A DNA stretch of 24,886 nt, taken from assembly GCA_049299015.1 (NCBI GenBank), contig JBAQWR010000038.1, positions 1 through 24,886 of the forward strand, written 5' to 3'. The translations under genes were made by a program, and so were the position numbers. The stretch's first letter is position 1, and each line of letters starts with the position of its first letter. The notes beneath the pieces were generated by a model. The model was not told where the DNA came from, ran no database searches, and saw nothing but the letters and a program-made list of their open reading frames with translations. Below, piece after piece: positions 10,778-17,952 of this stretch. This DNA is from Minisyncoccia bacterium (GTDB taxonomy: Bacteria > Patescibacteriota > Minisyncoccia > Phycocordibacterales > Zambryskibacteraceae).

Positions 10778-10951
10778 ATGAATTACGACGACGCTAAAGA
10801 AAGTGATCTTCAGTACGAAATCGATTCGGCAACCAGGACGATCCAGAGAGAAGAGGAACGTCGTACTAGAGCGCGAGAGGCTCTAGATCTTCTCAAATCA
10901 AAGTCCGCGCCGAAGGGTGGAGAACCGAGACACCAAGAGGTGTCTGCGTAG
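10778..10951 (+). CDS. 57-aa charged, coiled-coil-like microprotein (absent from ORF track)
   Basis: MNYDDAKESDLQYEIDSATRTIQREEERRTRAREALDLLKSKSAPKGGEPRHQEVSA. SD GGAG; promoter TTGTTT-17-TACAAT (10711-10739); hairpin directly downstream. Confidence 0.65.
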   Translation: MNYDDAKESDLQYEIDSATRTIQREEERRTRAREALDLLKSKSAPKGGEPRHQEVSA

Positions 10952-10954
10952 CCC

Positions 10955-10985
10955 CAGCGCTGACAGGAGTCCCCTGTCAGCGCTG
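10955..10985. terminator. 13-bp stem hairpin between convergent genes
   Basis: CAGCGCTGACAGG-AGTCC-CCTGTCAGCGCTG. Confidence 0.7.
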
Positions 10986-10993
10986 TCGTTGTC

Positions 10994-11188
10994 TTAAGAC
11001 TTCTTAGGGATAATGAAGATGGCGAGGATGTACGCTACTACGCCCGGCACCACTCCACTGAAGATAACCACAAGTAGCCAGAACAGACGTAGAAGGACCG
11101 GATCTACCCCAGAATACTCACCTAGCCCGCCACAAATCCCCGCGAAGACCTTATTGGTATGACTCCTATATAATCTTTTTGTTTCCAT
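10994..11188 (-). CDS. PspC-domain protein
   Basis: KRLYRS...FAGICGGLGEYSGVDPVLLRL...AYILAIFIIP. Confidence 0.93.
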   Translation of the reverse strand: METKRLYRSHTNKVFAGICGGLGEYSGVDPVLLRLFWLLVVIFSGVVPGVVAYILAIFIIPKKS

Positions 11189-11224
11189 ATATCTATTATA
11201 GCAAATTTAAGAATTTACCTCATA

Positions 11225-11280
11225 TTATCCACACATAACAACAAATATATATTGACAAACGATAAGCACTAAATTAAGAT
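11225..11280 (+). promoter_or_regulatory. DnaA-box-like TTATCCACA plus sigma70 promoter
   Basis: TTATCCACA at 11225-11233; TTGACA (11252-11257)-17 nt-TAAGAT (11275-11280). Confidence 0.65.
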
Positions 11281-11309
11281 AGAGATATAAAAATTTACAA
11301 AAACCAATC

Positions 11310-11789
11310 ATGAAAAGAAGTTCAACAATATTGCTTCAGGTGGTCCTAGTGCTTATCGGCATTGGCGTTCTTGTCCTTATGCTGTGGGAACCCCACATTG
11401 AGGGCAGGAATGTGGGCGCCACCGTCTTTGAGATCTACTTCAAAGATCCATTTTTGGCGTATGCCTATATAGCGTCTGTTTCGATTTTCGTGGCCCTCTA
11501 CCAGGCTTATAAGATATTGGGGAATGTAAGACAAAATAAATCATTCTCGCGGGCGACTGTGAATGCTTTCCGGACTATAAAACATTGCGCGCAAACCCTT
11601 GTCGCTTTTGTTGTCGGGGCAGAAGCATACCTGTTGATAGTCCGGCCCGGCGATGACATTGCGGGCGGTGTCTTTATAGGTCTTCTTATAATTTTTGCCT
11701 CTGGCGTAGTCGCTACCGCCGCGGCCTTGTTTGAAAACCTTTTGCAAAATGTAGTGGATATTAAATCAGAGAACGATTTAACCGTCTAA
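11310..11789 (+). CDS. DUF2975 (YoaS-like) membrane protein
   Basis: Four TM helices, C-terminal IKSENDLTV signature, followed by an HTH gene. Confidence 0.88.
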   Translation: MKRSSTILLQVVLVLIGIGVLVLMLWEPHIEGRNVGATVFEIYFKDPFLAYAYIASVSIFVALYQAYKILGNVRQNKSFSRATVNAFRTIKHCAQTLVAFVVGAEAYLLIVRPGDDIAGGVFIGLLIIFASGVVATAAALFENLLQNVVDIKSENDLTV

Positions 11790-11794
11790 AAAAT

Positions 11795-11998
11795 ATGGCA
11801 ATAATTACTAACATTGATGTCATGCTGGCAAAAAGGAAAATGAGCGTTACCGAGCTAACTGAAAAGGTGGGTATAACCATGGCTAACCTTTCTATACTCA
11901 AAAATGGTAAGGCCAAGGCAGTGAGACTCTCAACCTTAGAGGCAATCTGCAAGGCCCTAGAGTGTCAGCCCGGCGATTTATTAGAATATAAAAAATAA
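11795..11998 (+). CDS. XRE/Cro HTH transcriptional regulator (YozG-like)
   Basis: VGITMANLSILKNGKAKAVRLSTLEAICKALECQPGDLLEY. Confidence 0.93.
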   Translation: MAIITNIDVMLAKRKMSVTELTEKVGITMANLSILKNGKAKAVRLSTLEAICKALECQPGDLLEYKK

Positions 11999-12007
11999 TT
12001 AAAAAAT

Positions 12008-13441
12008 ATGGAAAACAAGATACTTGCATCGAAGACAGAAGTTGGCATGACACTTCTCCTATCACTCTTCTTTATTATCTTCGTGTGGGGCATGTGGACC
12101 AGAGAAGTCTTTGCCCTTGGAATCAATCTCTCTATCTACCTTGCTTCGGCTACCCTGTTTTTCGTCTCTCGATTGCGCAAGAATCATAAATACCAAGCAA
12201 GCGATCTTGGATGGATCATCCCCTTGCTATTGCTTGCTCTCTCCTTTGCTCTCTATGAGAATAACTTCTTCAAGACATTTAGTCTTCTGGTATTTCCTAT
12301 ACTAGCCTCGCTCTTCTATGTCTACGGTTGGGTGGATAGAAAGTTAGAGATTGATTGGAATACTCTCTTTGTTGTAAAGATGGTCAAACAGTTTTTCAGT
12401 TTCTTTGCATATCTTGCTACCTCTGTGCGACTTCTAATCGATACTATTTATAATAAAGAAAAAGCAGAGAGAGGAATGGTTAAGAGAATAGTGATTGGCT
12501 TAATCCTTCTCCTAATCTCACTACTTATCATCATCCCCCTCCTTTCTGGTGCTGACCCGGTCTTTGCTAGTAAACTCAAACCCTTCTATGACGCTATTAT
12601 CGAGATAGTATCCACCTCCATTGTTGCCAAAATAGGAGTATTTGTAGTCTTGACTCTCGGCACCCTAACTTCCCTTATGGCTTGGGGACGACCTCAAGCA
12701 ATTGAAAGCACTACAAAAGAAGTCCGCCGAGATCTTGTAGTTACGAGCATTGTTTTGGGAGGAATCTTTGTCATCTATCTCATCTTCCTATGGATACAGC
12801 TCGATCGCTTGTGGGTTGGAGTATTGCCATTCGATTTCAAAGAAACGGAAGATCTGGTGAAAAGTGGTTTCTGGCAACTCCTATTTCTCTCGCTCGTAAA
12901 CCTGGGCTTCTTCTTCGTCCTCTATAGGAAGACGGCGCCGGTAGGGCAGAAATTGTTAGGTCTATTTTCTCTAGCCTCGATACTACTCTTGGTTTCTTCA
13001 GCCCACAGAATGGTACTCTACGTCACTCACTACGGATTTAGTTACGAGAAGTTCTATGCATCATATGTGGTATTGTTTTGCGGAATACTTTTCCTCTGGC
13101 TCATCTCACGACTCTTTGTGAATAGAAAATCGAATGTGGTTAAGTTTCTGGCCTTCCAGTTTCTCTGGATGTTTGCTCTGGTAGGAGTATTCCCTGTCGA
13201 GCAATTCATACTGAAATCCAATATGGCACTAGTCGAGAGGCCAGACTCCAAGATTAAATTATTTGAGATGAGTATGCTCTCTCCAGATGTTTTGCCAGAA
13301 ATCAAAAAATACAAAGAAGAAGGAAAACTAACCGAGCCTGAGGAATACGACTGGAACTCTTGGATAGTAAAACAAGAAGAAATAATTCAGAATAAAAAGT
13401 GGTATGAGTCTACACTAAGCTCTATTAGGGCACACGAGTAA
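12008..13441 (+). CDS. DUF4153/DUF4173-like polytopic membrane protein
   Basis: Many TM helices; LLSGADPVF, VKSGFWQL, RMVLYVTHYGFS motifs. Confidence 0.8.
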   Translation: MENKILASKTEVGMTLLLSLFFIIFVWGMWTREVFALGINLSIYLASATLFFVSRLRKNHKYQASDLGWIIPLLLLALSFALYENNFFKTFSLLVFPILASLFYVYGWVDRKLEIDWNTLFVVKMVKQFFSFFAYLATSVRLLIDTIYNKEKAERGMVKRIVIGLILLLISLLIIIPLLSGADPVFASKLKPFYDAIIEIVSTSIVAKIGVFVVLTLGTLTSLMAWGRPQAIESTTKEVRRDLVVTSIVLGGIFVIYLIFLWIQLDRLWVGVLPFDFKETEDLVKSGFWQLLFLSLVNLGFFFVLYRKTAPVGQKLLGLFSLASILLLVSSAHRMVLYVTHYGFSYEKFYASYVVLFCGILFLWLISRLFVNRKSNVVKFLAFQFLWMFALVGVFPVEQFILKSNMALVERPDSKIKLFEMSMLSPDVLPEIKKYKEEGKLTEPEEYDWNSWIVKQEEIIQNKKWYESTLSSIRAHE

Positions 13442-13450
13442 CTTCGGTTT

Positions 13451-13672
13451 CTAGCGGTGAGTACAACCGGCCCAACAACAAGGCCTGCGCTTTCCTTCTT
13501 TAAGCTCTATAGGCACTCTCTTGACGTGGTCTTTTCTTGTCTCTAATTTCTTGACAGACACAACCCAGCAAATCCATTCATTGCGCGCAAGTGGCGTGAT
13601 ATCCTCCCATTTAGCAAGAGCTTTTATGTCAGAAGTAAGAACTTTCCGTAAATCTGCCGGCAACTTATGCAC
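13451..13672 (-). CDS. YdeI/OmdA-family small protein
   Basis: LPADLRKVL...WEDITPLARNEWICWVVSVKKLETR...RRPCCWAGC. Confidence 0.8.
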   Translation of the reverse strand: MHKLPADLRKVLTSDIKALAKWEDITPLARNEWICWVVSVKKLETRKDHVKRVPIELKEGKRRPCCWAGCTHR

Positions 13673-13681
13673 GATAAACCA

Positions 13682-14428
13682 CTACTTAACAAACTCCATT
13701 TTCTTTACCGTGGCCCCGCGCTCACTCATTTGAGCATGTACGGACACTTTTGCTGCTTCCATAAATTGGTCTGGCTTGCATACAGCTTTAGTTCCATCGA
13801 GACTTGTACACTGGCTTGATGCATCAAAGAACAGGGGTACAACATTGCCAAGTTTGCCATTCTCTTCGAACACTAGGTGCCAATTCTTGTTATTGTATGG
13901 TTTAGGAACTGAAGTTTTAATCAAGAAACCCTCCTTTTCAAAACTAAATTCCCGCACTGGTGCTATTTCTCCAAGTGAGCACTCAATCTCATCGATAAGC
14001 CAGCCGTCATTAGACTTACTAAGTGTGACGACAGCTTGCTCGGTTACTTTTTTGTCACGTGACATAACAAGTATTTGTGCTTCGTCTTTGTTCTCGTACA
14101 CAGTCCTTGTGGAGATATTTTCTGGTACTACTTTTTGACACAAAACTGGATCAGGGGTTGCATTTGGCGCACTTACTAGCCGAGCACTGAGTGCTTTACT
14201 CAATAGTGGTGATTTGGCCAAATCCGCGCGACTTGGATCTGCTGTTGCAGGTTGTTTTAGAGCTAGAAGCCATGCGTCATAAAAAGTTGAAACTGTGTCG
14301 GTGGTGTCCAAGGTTGCTGAGGACTGCCCTCCTTCTCCGACCGAATCAGAATCCTTATTAAACAGCCAAACGCCTACTACAAGCAAAACTAGGACCACCA
14401 CCCCTCCGATAATCGTTGTTTTTTTCAT
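13682..14428 (-). CDS. Hypothetical membrane-anchored exported protein
   Basis: N-terminal TM helix, DPVLCQ and WLIDEIEC motifs (DUF3828/NTF2-like is inference); 248 aa. Confidence 0.75.
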   Translation of the reverse strand: MKKTTIIGGVVVLVLLVVGVWLFNKDSDSVGEGGQSSATLDTTDTVSTFYDAWLLALKQPATADPSRADLAKSPLLSKALSARLVSAPNATPDPVLCQKVVPENISTRTVYENKDEAQILVMSRDKKVTEQAVVTLSKSNDGWLIDEIECSLGEIAPVREFSFEKEGFLIKTSVPKPYNNKNWHLVFEENGKLGNVVPLFFDASSQCTSLDGTKAVCKPDQFMEAAKVSVHAQMSERGATVKKMEFVK

Positions 14429-14500
14429 ATGTCAATTATATCAGAACCTATTTCCAGAGCAAAGCTGCGGGACTTGGACTCGAACCAAGATAACCGCCTT

Positions 14501-14528
14501 TTCACCCCGCATAGTCTGGCGGGGCAAG
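14501..14528. mobile_element. 28-bp miniature palindromic insertion in the tRNA anticodon
   Basis: TTCA-CCCCGC-ATAGTCTG-GCGGGG-CAAG; same ends as the 361-bp element. Confidence 0.8.
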
Positions 14529-14540
14529 GAGGGCGGAGTC

Positions 14541-14888
14541 CTACTTCACCCCGCCAGATTTATTTCCAGCCAAAGCTGCGGGACTTGGACTCGAACCAAG
14601 ATAACCGCCTTCAGAGGGCGGAGTCCTACCATTAGACGATCCCGCAGCTTTGGCAAGAAACTTCTTCCATGCATTACCACCTTTCCAAGACTTTAACTTT
14701 ATTTCTCGCTGTCTCGCTTCTGATAAACTACTAAAGTTTTCAACATATATCAATCTCCACGGTTTACCTGGACGAGTTGACGAGACATCACCACGATTAT
14801 GTCTCTCGAGTCTTTCCGATGGAAGAAGTTTTGTAATTCCAACATAGTGCTTGTTTTTAGAATTTTTAAGGATATATAGACTGGCCAT
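14541..14888 (-). CDS. Small GIY-YIG nuclease (UPF0213/SLX1-like)
   Basis: LYILK...HYVGIT...RLERHNRG...ST...PWRLIYVE...AR.RE..LKSWKG. The C-terminal ~35 aa are translated tRNA, trailer and IR sequence. Confidence 0.92.
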   Translation of the reverse strand: MASLYILKNSKNKHYVGITKLLPSERLERHNRGDVSSTRPGKPWRLIYVENFSSLSEARQREIKLKSWKGGNAWKKFLAKAAGSSNGRTPPSEGGYLGSSPSPAALAGNKSGGVK

Positions 14889-14905
14889 AAATCTGGCGGG
14901 GCAAG
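14545..14905 (-). mobile_element. 361-bp inverted-repeat-bounded element carrying a GIY-YIG nuclease and a tRNA-Gln copy
   Basis: Perfect 15-bp IR CCCCGCCAGATTTAT (14549-14563) / ATAAATCTGGCGGGG (14887-14901) with outer tags TTCA and CAAG, inserted in the tRNA D-loop. Confidence 0.8.
14576..14646 (-). tRNA. tRNA-Gln(CTG), intact, nested inside the GIY-YIG ORF
   Basis: TGCGGGA-TC-GTCTAATGGTAGGAC-T-CCGCC CTCTGAA GGCGG-TTAT-CTTGG TTCGAGT CCAAG-TCCCGCA-G; 71 nt, CCA not encoded. Confidence 0.95.
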
Positions 14906-14983
14906 TTAGACGATCCCGCAGCTCTACTCTTGAATGAATCTAACTTAACAAAAAATCCTTCAATTTACCATTTTAAATGCTCA

Positions 14984-15009
14984 AGGGGCGCGCATCGCGG
15001 CGCGCCCCT
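14984..15009. terminator. 9-bp GC hairpin after the microprotein gene
   Basis: AGGGGCGCG-CATCGCGG-CGCGCCCCT. Confidence 0.65.
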
Positions 15010-15012
15010 CTT

Positions 15013-15192
15013 CTATCGCTTTTCGTCTTCTTCAAAACGAATCTTGCGTTTCCTTTCGAGTCTGGGGGTATATCTAACGGGCAACAGATCAATTTGAAGC
15101 CCGAATTGATTCAAAACCTTGATCTCACAGTCACTGCAGAGACCAAAGTAGGTGCTCTTCTTCTCTTCTTTGCACTCGTAGCACTTCTTCAT
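15013..15192 (-). CDS. 59-aa putative zinc-finger microprotein (absent from ORF track)
   Basis: MKKCYECKEEKKSTYFGLCSDCEIKVLNQFGLQIDLLPVRYTPRLERKRKIRFEEDEKR. CxxC-12-CxxC; SD-like GGGGGT; hairpin 3 nt after the stop. Confidence 0.72.
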   Translation of the reverse strand: MKKCYECKEEKKSTYFGLCSDCEIKVLNQFGLQIDLLPVRYTPRLERKRKIRFEEDEKR

Positions 15193-15244
15193 GTGACCCC
15201 CACCCTAGACCCTTTGACTCGGCCTAACCTTAATATATCCTCTA

Positions 15245-15679
15245 TTACTTAACGGTCAAGGTGCCGACCATACCCATCTGGCGGTGAGTACCGATCGAAC
15301 AATAGTACTCGAATGAACCAGCTTTATTTGCCACGAATGTAATGGTTTCTGATTCTCCAGAATTAAGCTTACGAGTTGCGGCACTAAACTCATCTATCTT
15401 GAGATCATGAATACCACCAACATTTTTCACCGTAATCTTGACCGTATCTCCCACATTGACTGTCATGGTCGAAGGAGAAAATTTATATGAAGAAGCATCG
15501 ACTGTAAATTCTTTAACAGTACTCTCCCCTGCTACCACATTAACCTCGGTGTTGATCTCAACAACCGGTGTATTATTTTCGACCTCTGTTTCTGTCGGAG
15601 CCGTGCTCTTGTTTTTGAAAATTAAGAAACCGCCGACAAGTACGACGAGCACAATGACCACTGAAATTATTTTATTCAT
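15245..15679 (-). CDS. Cupredoxin-domain (plastocyanin/azurin-like) membrane-anchored protein
   Basis: Copper ligands H...YYCSIGTHRQMGMVG; N-terminal TM helix. Confidence 0.9.
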   Translation of the reverse strand: MNKIISVVIVLVVLVGGFLIFKNKSTAPTETEVENNTPVVEINTEVNVVAGESTVKEFTVDASSYKFSPSTMTVNVGDTVKITVKNVGGIHDLKIDEFSAATRKLNSGESETITFVANKAGSFEYYCSIGTHRQMGMVGTLTVK

Positions 15680-15715
15680 TTTTTAGATTATATTTTTATA
15701 ATAAGCGTGGTCGAA

Positions 15716-16660
15716 TTATACCTTAAGATATTTTCTGATAGCAAGAACACTCGAGATAGCACCTATGGCCACCCCAGAAACCATGATAATAGCCGCCAAT
15801 TCTAGGAAATGACGTAAGTAGTACGAGAAGATGTTGAAGCTGATAAAGAAGCTCTCGGTGGTAGTGCCTAGCCAGTAAGTTATAGGTACAAGGAGTATGA
15901 GGGTCAGGAGGCCTGCTGTCAGGCCGTAGATAACCCCCACCACCACAAATGGCCCTTGAATATAGGTTGTCGAGGCTCCCACCAAGCGCATGACGCTGAT
16001 CTCGTCTCTGGCGATATATATAGTCAGGCGGATAGTGTTGAAGGCAATAAGTATAGAAATGATGGCGAGGAAGATTGTGAGAGCGAAACCTAGTTTGTCA
16101 GCAGTAGCTATAATCTTGGCTAGCTTGTCTATAGCAGGTTTGTTTTGGAAGTAGTTGATCTTATCGATAATGGTCACATCACCAGAAGATAGAGTGTTAT
16201 CGCTTTCTAGAAATTCCGCCACAGAGCCGTATTGGGAAGGATCTTTGGCCTTGATATTAAGAACAGCACCCAAGGGGTTGTAATCGAGCTCATCGAGAGC
16301 GGCGAGAATTGAAGGGTCACTCGCATGCCTCTCTTTGAAGTCGACCAAGGCTTCATCACGCGAGACGTAAGTGACGAGAGATACCTCGGGCAAGGATTCT
16401 ATATCGTGCCTGATGTTTAAAATATCTTCTTCCTTGGCTGTAGTGATGAAGGTGACGTTGATATCGATCTTATTGCTGAGCTCTTGAAGAGTTATATCGA
16501 GAACCGCCCCAGAGAAGGATATAAATCCTATGACTAGGAGAGTCACCATCATCACCAAGACAGAAGCGAGGGAAACTGTGCTCTCTCTCCAGAAATTGAA
16601 AAAACCACTACGTATAATCCTCCTTACTTTTGTCCAGAAGATATCTTTGTTATTACTCAT
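15716..16660 (-). CDS. ftsX: Cell division permease FtsX
   Basis: Four-TM layout, NTIRLTIY...EISVMRLVGA...IQGPF, downstream of ftsE. Start at ATG 16660. Confidence 0.93.
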   Translation of the reverse strand: MSNNKDIFWTKVRRIIRSGFFNFWRESTVSLASVLVMMVTLLVIGFISFSGAVLDITLQELSNKIDINVTFITTAKEEDILNIRHDIESLPEVSLVTYVSRDEALVDFKERHASDPSILAALDELDYNPLGAVLNIKAKDPSQYGSVAEFLESDNTLSSGDVTIIDKINYFQNKPAIDKLAKIIATADKLGFALTIFLAIISILIAFNTIRLTIYIARDEISVMRLVGASTTYIQGPFVVVGVIYGLTAGLLTLILLVPITYWLGTTTESFFISFNIFSYYLRHFLELAAIIMVSGVAIGAISSVLAIRKYLKV

Positions 16661-17333
16661 AATACTTGCCACTCTTATCGTCGCGGACGACCTTGCCGCG
16701 CTCCATAGCAACTACACGCTTCTTCAATAGATCAATTATACCCTTGTTGTGAGTGGCGAGGATGACAGTGGTACCGAGGTCATTGATTTTCTTTAATATT
16801 TGGACAATGTCATACGTGTTGGCTGGATCGAGGTTACCAGTCGGCTCATCGGCGATGATGACATCGGGTTCATTGACCAAGGCACGAGCGATAGCCACCC
16901 TCTGCTTCTCCCCGCCCGAGAGCTCGCGCGGGAAGTTCCAGATCTTATTAGTTAGATCCACCAACTCGAGTACGTGAGGCACATCTGACTCTATCTCCTC
17001 GTCTGTCCTCCCAGCCGCCTCCATGGTGAAGGCGATATTCTCGTAGACAGTCTTGTTGGGCAAGAGGCGGAAATCTTGGAAAACCATACCTACCTTACGA
17101 CGGAAGGCGTCCATCTCTTTCTTGTTCAAGGCGTGGATATTGGTGGAATCGTAGTAGACAGCACCCTCAGTTGGTTTCTCCTCTGCAAGAAAGAGTTTGA
17201 GTAGTGTGGTCTTGCCAGCGCCAGAAGGGCCGACTATAGATACAAACTCTTTCGGCTCGATAGAAAGAGTCACTTCTTCAAGAGCGACAGAACTATCTGG
17301 ATAAACCTTGGAAACACGGTCGAAGACAATCAT
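16653..17333 (-). CDS. ftsE: Cell division ATP-binding protein FtsE
   Basis: [39 protein letters not shown]. Start at ATG 17333. Confidence 0.95.
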   Translation of the reverse strand: MIVFDRVSKVYPDSSVALEEVTLSIEPKEFVSIVGPSGAGKTTLLKLFLAEEKPTEGAVYYDSTNIHALNKKEMDAFRRKVGMVFQDFRLLPNKTVYENIAFTMEAAGRTDEEIESDVPHVLELVDLTNKIWNFPRELSGGEKQRVAIARALVNEPDVIIADEPTGNLDPANTYDIVQILKKINDLGTTVILATHNKGIIDLLKKRVVAMERGKVVRDDKSGKYYE

Positions 17334-17375
17334 GTGTTGATATTTTATCACACCAGCTCTGGTATAATCAAATAT

Positions 17376-17948
17376 ATGCATAAACGAAATGGAATCTTGA
17401 TCCCCCTTATAGCCATCGGAGTTGTTTTATTTATAGGATTTGAGGGTTTCGGATGGAAAGATAGTTTTCAAATCAAAGAGATTGAAAGTATCACTGATTC
17501 ATTTACCATGTCGCTAACCACTCCTGACCCTGCCAAAGACGTGCCTTGGACAGTGTTTCAAAACTATCTAGAGTTCGCAAAAAACCACAACCTAGCAGGT
17601 ATCAAGAGCCTGTCACATCAGATCTCTCCTACCTGCACTGATCCCGCTAGAGAAGTTGAATGTTTCGCCCTTATGGATAACGTATATACACTAGGAAGCT
17701 ACTTCCCACAAAGTGATTTCAAGCATGTTTTAGAGGATGAACGACAGGTTGTAATGTACACAGATGGCCCAGCAGTAGCGATACTATATTTCACCAAAGA
17801 TAGTGGGGGTACCCCGAAAGTACTTGGGATGAGATTCTGTTTTGAGGATGAGACTTCGCGTGGAACTTGTGTAGAGACAGACCCGAGCAAGCTTGATCTA
17901 GACCAGAATGGCTGGTGGGACAGTGTGGAATCTATGTTTTACAAGTAG
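17376..17948 (+). CDS. Hypothetical membrane-anchored protein
   Basis: N-terminal TM helix, Cys pairs, C-terminal DLDQNGWWD Ca-binding-like loop. Start at ATG 17376 preferred. Confidence 0.75.
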   Translation: MHKRNGILIPLIAIGVVLFIGFEGFGWKDSFQIKEIESITDSFTMSLTTPDPAKDVPWTVFQNYLEFAKNHNLAGIKSLSHQISPTCTDPAREVECFALMDNVYTLGSYFPQSDFKHVLEDERQVVMYTDGPAVAILYFTKDSGGTPKVLGMRFCFEDETSRGTCVETDPSKLDLDQNGWWDSVESMFYK

Positions 17949-17952
17949 AAGT

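Larger units (their letters stand above)
14466..14920 (-). pseudogene. Interrupted ancestral tRNA-Gln(CTG) in three pieces
   Basis: Pieces 14906-14920, 14529-14544 and 14466-14500 are identical to the intact copy at 14576-14646, apart from the two TG dinucleotides replaced by insertions. Confidence 0.9.

Noticed and set aside
11310..13441. DUF2975-HTH-DUF4153 trio as a novel system
   Set aside because: The DUF2975 plus YozG-like HTH pairing is a known widespread module, and nothing here sets it apart.
14295..14847. Plus-strand ORFs with repeated peptides (QSCGTWTRTKITAF, KLRDLDSNQDNRL)
   Set aside because: Artefacts of translating the antisense of the duplicated tRNA sequence.
14466..14920. 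Outer tRNA-Gln as an intron-containing, spliceable tRNA
   Set aside because: A single excision of the 28-bp insert cannot restore a 7-nt loop with anticodon CTG, because extra CT or AA always remains. No group I core or clear bulge-helix-bulge motif is visible.
14449..14920. CRISPR array suggested by the repeated segments
   Set aside because: The repeats are tRNA fragments and inverted repeats, not regularly spaced direct repeats, and no cas genes are present.
14977..15252. 91-aa plus-strand ORF from the track
   Set aside because: Antisense shadow of the better-supported 15013-15192 minus-strand microprotein.
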